A stretch of DNA of 64,000 nt from Auanema rhodensis (taxonomy: Eukaryota > Animalia > Nematoda). Both the position numbers and the translations under genes were made by a program. Position 1 is the stretch's first letter; the number at the start of each line of letters is the position of its first letter. The notes under the pieces were generated by a model. It did no database searches and was not told the origin of the DNA. It saw nothing but the letters and a program-made list of their open reading frames with translations. Positions 55,276 to 64,000 of the stretch are shown here, piece after piece. The stretch is from contig OZ059896.1 in the NCBI GenBank assembly GCA_964057225.1, positions 9,486,001 to 9,550,000 of the forward strand, in the 5' to 3' direction.

Positions 55276-56604
55276 ATGTGTTTTCTAATTGATACAAGTG
55301 ATTATACAACATATATACGTATTAATTATTTTCTTTTTTTCATTAATGCATTGTTTTGTGTATTTTCTATTTTCATAATCAATACATATTCATCAAATAT
55401 TATGAAAAAATATAAAAATATAATATTAACTCATCTTATATGGTAATTTAATTATTTTTTTCTAATTTAATAATACAATATCTTATTTTAGTTTTATTGC
55501 TCATGATAATCTCATAGGGGTATGTTCAATCTTGAAATGTCATCCCAAATTTATGGGAATTCAACAAATTGGCTTAGCCGTTGTTCCACATATACCATTC
55601 AAATATTTAATGTTAATTATAGGTGGCTTAATTGGAGGTACATTCCATGATTTTTTGAAATAAATTTTAAAAACGAACGAATATTTTAGAAATACTTGGC
55701 ATCTATATTGTGATGATTATCTATAGAACAAGAGTGATTATTCCTAAAACTAATATTCTTTATTTTAATAAAACAAATAATTTAATATGTACAGCATTCT
55801 TTTATAATTTTTGGATCATAGGAGCAATATTCATATATGTAACTACAACTGATGATTATGCACAAAAGTTTGAGCAATTAGAAGTTTATAATTATTCAAA
55901 TTGAATTATTTATATAAATAATATTTCAGTTTTATAATATATGTAAAACATCGGAATTTTTTGAAATTATAACATCTTCTGATGTTATTGTATACTATTA
56001 TCCTCAACATAAATATATAATAATTATATTAACTATATGGATATTTATGTTTATATTTGTTTATTTTCTATGTTTCTTTGCATGTTTTCAATTTTTACAT
56101 CCAAAACAAACTTCATTATCAGTTAGAACTAAACGTGCTCAAAAATCTTTACTAATAACTTTACTACTTCAGGTAAAAAAATATAAAATAATGAATGAAT
56201 AATAGTAAATACATCGTATTTTTCCCTTTTCAGACTGTTATTCCAATGACATTAATGCTTATACCAGTCATTTCTATTTATTTGGATCGATCATCAAGTA
56301 ATTACTGGGAAATTCATGAACTTGTGATTTTAATTATTTCAAAATTTCAGATGCTGCCTGTATCCTTATGTTAATGTATGTTACACATTCTATAGCCTAT
56401 AATATAGTTCTTATATTTGGACATAGAGATTATAGAAATGCTTTATATAATATTTACAAAAAACTATTTGTTGATTGTATGTTTCAAAGATTTTCATACA
56501 ACATTCACATTTTTACAATTACAAGTTTCAGCTTCAAAAGTATTTCAAACACATTCGGCGTTTTAATAAATTTATCTTCGTGTTTCAAAAAACTAATAAT
56601 ATGA
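55276..56604 (+). CDS. Nematode serpentine chemoreceptor GPCR (Srh/Sri, Str superfamily); may be a pseudogene because the last donor reads GG
   Basis: MKKYKNIILTHLI, IIYRTRVII, SLSVRTKRAQKSLLITLLLQ|TVIP, THSIAYNIVLIFGHRDYRNAL; about 7 hydrophobic segments over 6 exons. Confidence 0.8.
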
Positions 56605-57235
56605 ATAATCTTTTATTATTTATATTTTATTATATATTATCTGATAATATTTCTTCAAATGTATGTAATTCCTGAAGTAAATATATAATAAATGATTTTT
56701 ATATTTATTGAATTGCAAATTTCAACAAAAAAAAAAAGATTTCAAAGAAAAAAAAACAAAATAATTTCATTTGTATTATATGTAATTATATAAAAAAATA
56801 TCTGAATGATATTAAATTTTATTTTCCTATAAGGATTGATAAAGATTCGGATATAACATCTATACCTTTCTCGAGACACGAAAAATAGACCCGATTTGGG
56901 TTTTATACATTAAGTAAATATATAATAATACATATGAAGAAAACAATTAAATAATTATCACAATGATGATTGAGCCGGGATTTAGAGTTATCTAGTAGTA
57001 TTCACTAAACAGACTATATTGAGCCTATTTCTGGATGAAAAATTATATAAATTTAAAAAAAAAATCATTTTATGATGAGTGACATCGGCTAAGATTAAGG
57101 AGAGATTAGATCAATATTGTGTGTAATTTCTTTCTTTTTTTCTTATTTCAAAAAATACACTTAAGTTTGCTCATTTTTTTAATATCATATAGTTGAGCTG
57201 TCCTGAATTTTATTCTGTTTGTATGCTATTGTGGT

Positions 57236-60200
57236 TTAAATACGTGTCGTTTCTTCTGTCATATCATGTGATAGGCCTGTAGGTATTGAGCTTTGAGAAG
57301 CAATTTGTCTCGTCAGAGATGTTCTACACATCGTTGATGGAGTTGAATTAAGTTGTGGACTGATGTGAGAAAGAAGTTGGGCTGCTTCATGACGAACATC
57401 ACTTGACACATCGTGTTCAGCAACGTGGCAGATCTGTTTTGTTATTCTTTGATTCTAAAACGAAATTAGTATATTTTTACGAAAATCATAGAAATAGGAC
57501 ATACGTTTAGAATTTGAAGAGCACGAAGAGATCCAATACGAGCTGGAATTTCTTCAGCTTCTAATAAACATAAGTAAGATGATAGTAAATCAGACATTAG
57601 ATGACCCCGAGCAGTCCGTAAATATCTTTCTATAAATTAAATAAAAAAATTAGTTATTAAGAAATAAGTTAATGAGCTACCTATAGTTGTTCGATTTAAC
57701 AATTCATCATGAGTCAGAAGCATTCCAAGATGCTTCAATGTTTCTAATGGAGGAACAACAGGAACATTAGATAACCGCTCCACAACTTGAACCACTTTAG
57801 ATGGTTGTAAAGTTTCCAATTGAGATACCATATAAGCTAAAATACAATACAAAAATGAGAATATTATATGAAACAAGCTTTTACTATACCATCATGACTG
57901 AGATTTTCAATGTAAGAAGCAAAGTGACGTCCTTTGAAAACGCCAATAAAATGGAAAATCGTCACTTGTTGAGTAGAGTCTTGGGCCGCATCGGCAATCA
58001 GGCGAAGAATAGAATCGGCAACTGTAATGCGAATACGATTTAAATAATCGAATAAAATTGAAAAGTAGTACCTCGATTAACCAGATATGGATAGTTTTTC
58101 TCAACAACATGTGCTATATTCATACGAATTTGAGCTCGTAAGTTATCTCTTGGAACAATCAGCATTGCATTCAATGGATAACAAGTACCTAGCCAAATTT
58201 GTTGAAGCTCAGAATCTGCTCCAATCTCAGTTAAAACTATAAAGAATAAGTTAAACATATGATTACGATCATATAAGGCTCACTATTGGCAACATTTGGC
58301 AGAGCCGGAACTGTGGCAGTCAGTCTAAGTAAATCATCCAATGTTACTGTCTCAATTTCAAGACGTTTGAGCGTTTCGGTTGATTTGTACACAAGTGGGC
58401 AATTCGTTCCAATATTATCCAAAGTCTAAAAAAACCAACGTTAAGAGAAATAAAAGGTCCATATATGCAATACCTTCAAACAATGAACAATACGAGACAA
58501 ATGGTATCGTAAACATGAATCAATTTCAGAATTTCCTGTAGCACCACCTTTATAGTCATCATCATGACTTTCCCAGAAACGATCGGAATCGAGATACATC
58601 TGCTCCAGATCATTAGCATCCATCATAGCTCCTAATGATTTTCTACGATCTTTCAACTAAAGAGTTAAAATATATTGTGTTGTTCAAACCAAATATAGCA
58701 TACCTGACGGAATCGTCGACCTTCTTTTCTTCCACCACTTTCACCATATTTCTTTCTAGCACCTTCATTAATGTATGGTGAATAATGTTGACGTAATGAA
58801 TCGATTCCGCTATCATTTTCAGAACTAAAATATATTTTTTTTAATTTAAAAACAAATAGAAAAACATACTGTCCATCTCCAGATATTAACACATTATCAT
58901 CCAATTCATCACTAACAGTACTTGTGGTTAAGGCTGTTCCACTTCGAATTGGAGAATTATGAGAACGATTACGACGTTTCTACAAAATTATTTTTTATTT
59001 AAATTTATATTTTTATATTAATAAAAAGAATATAATACTTACACGGAGAACTGTTTGCCATTTTTTCAAATAATCTACTAGTGGTTGAAGTTCCGGATAA
59101 TATCCGGTAGCAATTTTGTCAGCTAATGGAATGGTATCGTCGATGGTTTCCATCATCTCAATAATAGCTGCTGATCTCTCGGAGCTAGTTTCAGATGGAG
59201 CACCACTGTCACCTCCACTCATTCCAACAAATCTGAATGTATTCGTGATGTTAAGAGATTAAAAGTAAAAGATTCTTACGTTTTATTGAAAGCTCTCATG
59301 CTGTCCGGACTGTCATTAGGGGCAGTACCACTAAGATGAGCCAAGCTTATACTTCTTCTATTATTGATAACTGGTGAAGGTTGACTTCGACTCTTGCGTA
59401 AATCAAGAGTAGACATCTATGATATCAAATATATTATTATGAATTTATTGAATAATACTTACAGCTTCAGCTGTTGGAATGGTTTTGCTGACATCATGAT
59501 ATATACAATCTAATAGATTAGTTGATGATCTCCACTGTTCCTTCATAGCTGCACGTGCAGCAGAACCTCGTTTTTTCTCTCTTAATACAACTCTAGGCTT
59601 CTTATCAACATTTATCATATCCATTTTAGGTTCCAAAGGTCTTGATATAGTCTTTGATGAAAGCAGTGGACTATAAAACAAATTATTATTCAAAATATTC
59701 TGATTAAAACAGTAGAAACTTACACCCAAGTGACAACAAGTTGTAATTTAATAGTTCCTAGGCTATTTAGATTCATTGTCACAAGTTGTGGTTGTGATGA
59801 AAATAGTTCGCATGGTTCAAATGCTCGTTCACTCAACGTTTTTGTTTTGAAAAATGAACATTCAGATACCTAAATAATTATGATTATGATTGAAAACATA
59901 TTCATTTGTGAATCTTACCTTCACATCAATGGTACACTCAGGTAAACACTGTAAAGTGGCTTGATTCTTTTCCCATTTCTGTGAGCGATCTGGTTGAGTT
60001 TTTCCTCTGAAAAATTAAATTTCGAATTAAAGATTATCAATTGAATATCTTACTTCGTCTTCCATTTTTGAGATCCGTGTCGAACTTGAACTTCAAAAAC
60101 ATCTCCGGGAGACATACGGGCAAAGCCAACAATAGCTAAAATATAATTTCATAATAACCTTCGTACTATGATTAATTTCAATAATTTATACTTAATTTAT

Positions 60201-61658
60201 GGTTAACAAAGTATAAAATAAAAAGTACCTTTTACTTCTACAACCATACGTCCCATCATATTCTGAAGTTCCATCTCAACTGCAGCCGTAGCACGGTCAA
60301 CGGTGCGGCCACCAAGAGCAGCTCGCAAATCAGTAATAGATGAAGATCGAGCTGAAATAACATTTTTGAAATTTATAAAAATATATAATATTTGTTTTTT
60401 AATATTTTGAAACATAAAATTTATATAAACTTAAGACGATAGAAAACACATTTCAATTCATCCGACCGATGAAGGTCAGAAAAATATTTGAAAAGTTCCG
60501 ACAAGACTGGGCTAAATTCAAAATAAAAATAAAAGTTTTTTTAAGATGGTTAAGAATAATGGGTAAAGTAAATTAACTAAAAAACAGAAAAAGAGGTAAG
60601 ACGACCTAATATTGTAAATTGGCTCGAATAGAAAGAAAATAATTACACTACTGCGAAATGAACTTATAAGAAATTAAATGAAAGAAATAGATCAACCCGT
60701 TTTTCTGTAATTTTTTTTGACAAAAAAAAGAAAAAAAGATTCGTGAAATAGGTTGAAATATCATTTCAACAAAGATTTTAGAAATAAAGAAATGCGAAAA
60801 GATAATGAAATTCCAATTAATTTGATTAAAGTTTATAAAAAAATCTTTTTTTCCTCTTATTTGAATCATAAAGTTCACCAAAATTCAGAATTTGAAATGA
60901 AGTGAAATGAAATAAAACGGAAAACAAAATGATTTTTAGTTGGTTAAAGATGAAATTCAACACAATATTTGTGTATCTTGTATGTAGCCATCTATGTGTG
61001 TCTTTATATTTTCCTCAACGGAGGTAAATGAAAAGACAATAGAAATGACAAAGCATATCATGAATGAAAGAATGAAGAAGAGAAGGAAAAAATGTAAAGA
61101 AAAAGAAATAATAAGATGATGTTGAATAGCTAACTATAAGTCATTCTTGACTGCGCGAACAGTGTTCAAAAAGGAAATTGTGAAGATGGAGTAAGAAAAA
61201 GACTTAGAAAGCTAACGAAATAAATATTATTCGAATAATATTATTGTTTAAAATTATTTAAAATATATAGTTAACATGAAATCTTCAATATTTAACCAAC
61301 CTTTTATGGAATCATAGTGACCAGAACGATATTTTTCGAATAATTTAGTTAGTCGTTGATTATGTGATTCGTATAGATGCAAATTTTCTTCGGCTAAGAC
61401 TTGTTCCTAAATAATATTATATTATATGATATAATTTAAATATTTTAAATTACGTCTTGAATTGTAGCTCGACGGTCATCATCAGCTTCATCATATTCTT
61501 GTCTCAGGCGACGTAATTCAGAAGAATAATGAAGAATGAATGATCTAAAAATATGGAAAAGAATATTTGAAATCAGTAAGTAGAACATACTTGAATCCTT
61601 TCGATAGACCCTCGAATATAGCATCAGCCCTCTTATTCCCTCCACCTGAGGGAGCCAT
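57236..61658 (-). CDS. RIPOR/FAM65 (PL48) family Rho-interacting polarity regulator; 5' exons may extend further upstream
   Basis: [25 protein letters not shown]|[51 protein letters not shown]-like C-terminus, ends EETTRI* (TAA 57236-57238). ATG 61658 is the first Met in the most 5' exon I could link. Confidence 0.85.
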
Positions 61659-64000
61659 GGTCGCTATGGTCGCAGCAACACTCTAAAAATAATATAGTTA
61701 GCCATATATTCCAAAAGGTTAAGAAATGAATGAAAACTTGAAAAAATTTAAATTAATCAAAAGCATAGACAGATATTAGGTGTCAATGAAGATATAGTCG
61801 ATATCAATATAGATGAAATGCTTGATTGAGATAAAGTGAAATAAGAAAAAATCGAAATTCTTTTGTGGCAGAAACTTGCTAACTCATATATAGCGTTCAA
61901 AGTAAAAAATACACATAGATATAACTATATTTCTGAAATTATGAATGTTTTGAGTTATGGAAAAACAGTTCGATGGTATTTGGTGTAATTGGGAAAACGT
62001 TTTGTTGTTTTTACGGATTAAAGGCGCTTCACTAAATTCCAGAAAAAGCATAGTCTACAACGCTTATGAACAAGCAAGGAGATGAACATCCGCAAACCAG
62101 CAACTAGGCGGAGGCAATTTGCTTTTTTCCGTAATGCTGTCATCAGTTAGAAAAGATCAGCTCTATTCGCACTACTTAACAATGTTTTTCTTGTCTTTCT
62201 ACAAACTCGAAAATGACAATCATTGCGCTTAAGCGCTTACGGTTCTGCCACATCTATCTAGATGGATGACGAGACAGAAAAGCTAGTACATACTTGAAGG
62301 CATGTGATAATCCTATAGTTTTTGCTGAAGCATTATGTTGTACGAGCATTTTTTTGCAGGAAAAAGAAAGAAGACAAAAAGCATTTGAAGATGTCAAAGA
62401 TACCACAAAACTTGGTGGCAACAGGACATCTATATGATGTTTGTCCAAGAGCCAAGTGTTTGTGGGAGAAGGGAAAAAACTGATAAACTATACGTAGAAA
62501 AATATCCGATGCTTAAAGAAAATCATTTGAACATAACAATGAAAGTGAAAGAAATTATACGAAATGTATGAAAAGCTAGATGTATAATTCTCATGTTATT
62601 TCATGTAAAAGGAGAAAACGAGAAAGATACAGGGAAATTTTTGACGGCAGAACAATCCAAAAGAGGAACAAGCTAGCCAAGGCTAACTCCCACACCCCGC
62701 ATTTACATATGTCTGTTCTGCTTGGAAACGGAAGAACTAGCTACACGGAGCGAAAAAGATGGATATGGAAAAGATGGATACAAGATGAAATTCTATGATA
62801 CTGAAACGGTAGGTGACCTCGGAACACAACAACGTCTACTAAAGACCAGGTATTATGAGATAAATATATCAAACGGAAAAAAGTGAAATTTGATGAGGAA
62901 ATGTTTATAAAATAGGGAAGAGCTACGAGATGCGTTATTGCATCATCGGTTTGGCGTCGTGCGTTGGTGCTGTTCCAGATGATAGTCTTCTTAGAATGTT
63001 TGTTGTGTCCTTCATGTGTGCATGCAAACAAGCATTCGCGCCAAAGCTTCTTCACATTGCTTCCTCTTCATCATCTTGCTATGCCCCTATTCATTCAAAT
63101 AATTCTCTGTTGTATTCATCAGAAGAAGGTAGCATTGAATTCAGAATAGTTATCAGAATAGAGTTAAAAAGGTTGCTATTAAGTGGAACCATGCTTTCAA
63201 CACTGCTATTTAGAGTAGGCTTCTTAATACAACTTCAGAAACTCAAAGTCAAAACCCGCATATATTCTACATGCGTAGAGTTGAAATGAATTCAAGATGT
63301 ATGCAAGAAATTATAGTATTTTGGAAAAGTAAAACATTATTTATCCGGAAGAATATACTTGAAGAGTTCTTCAAATTTTTTTCCGAAAACGTCTTATGTT
63401 GACCGTTGTATAACATCCGGTTCACTAAATGATTGCCAATTTCTTAAGATCGTTAGATGTGTACGAAACGAACAAAAAAATTGCAAAGCCAGACACTAAT
63501 GCACTTAGTGCCGATGAACGTTACACGCTGAACGAGTGTATTACCAATTCTACAGAATAGAAATATAAAATTATGAGGATAATAGTCTATATAGATAAAT
63601 AATCTGTTGAAGAAGGAAATGATGCTGATGAAGAAGATGATGAATGAAATATCGTGTGGTTTTCAGAAAATGAGGATAACGATGTAGAGAGACATAGTCG
63701 GAACCTCATCTGACGACTTCAACGTGTGTTTGATGCGCAATTTAGATAGGATTAAGAGAAGTTACTAATATCTAAAAACATGCAATATAATCCTTAGACA
63801 AGAGGTTGAAAACGAATACAGGCGGAGAATTATGCCGATTTGACGTAAAATTCTTTACTAAATGAAGGGGCAAATTAGGATATTCGACTGAAAATCTCAA
63901 AAGGTAATGAGGTTATATCGAGATTTGAATGTGTTTTTAGTCGTATTGGTCAAACATTTGAACGAAAAAATTGTAAAAAAAACATAGCATGAACGTTTGT

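Noticed and set aside
62741-63289. Overlapping 104-119 aa ORFs upstream of RIPOR
   Set aside because: No recognisable protein and no confident splice link; may be UTR or an alternative first exon.
1-64000. CRISPR arrays, rRNA, SL RNA, TTAGGC telomeric arrays or DNA-elimination break motifs
   Set aside because: Only isolated TTAGGC hexamers; none of these structures was recognisable.

Overview
AT-rich eukaryotic DNA, almost certainly from a rhabditid nematode: dense 40-55 nt GT-AG introns, TTTCAG-type acceptors just upstream of several start codons (SL trans-splicing-like), and nematode-type gene families. The ORF track is fragmented by introns, so I spliced the genes by hand. In order: CPSF3/CPSF73 (+), synaptojanin (+), an SLC35-type transporter (-), a decayed Maverick/Polinton-type DNA polymerase B fragment abutting a 162-bp inverted copy of the neighbouring gene, a Mesh/SUSD2-like NIDO-AMOP-vWD-sushi membrane protein (-), about 6 kb non-coding, a secreted EGF-motif protein with a GPI-like tail (+), a protein with four tandem BEN-like helical repeats (-), a ~19-kb uninflatable/clec-78-like gene (-) hosting a nested 4-TM gene (+), a serpentine chemoreceptor (+) with a GG splice donor, and a RIPOR/FAM65 gene (-). 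I see no CRISPR array, rRNA, tRNA or intact mobile element, and no clear new multi-gene system. The best leads are the 11.0-14.0 kb rearranged patch, the BEN-like repeat protein, the EGF/GPI protein, the nested gene and several splicing oddities. All family calls come from motif recognition, not database searches.
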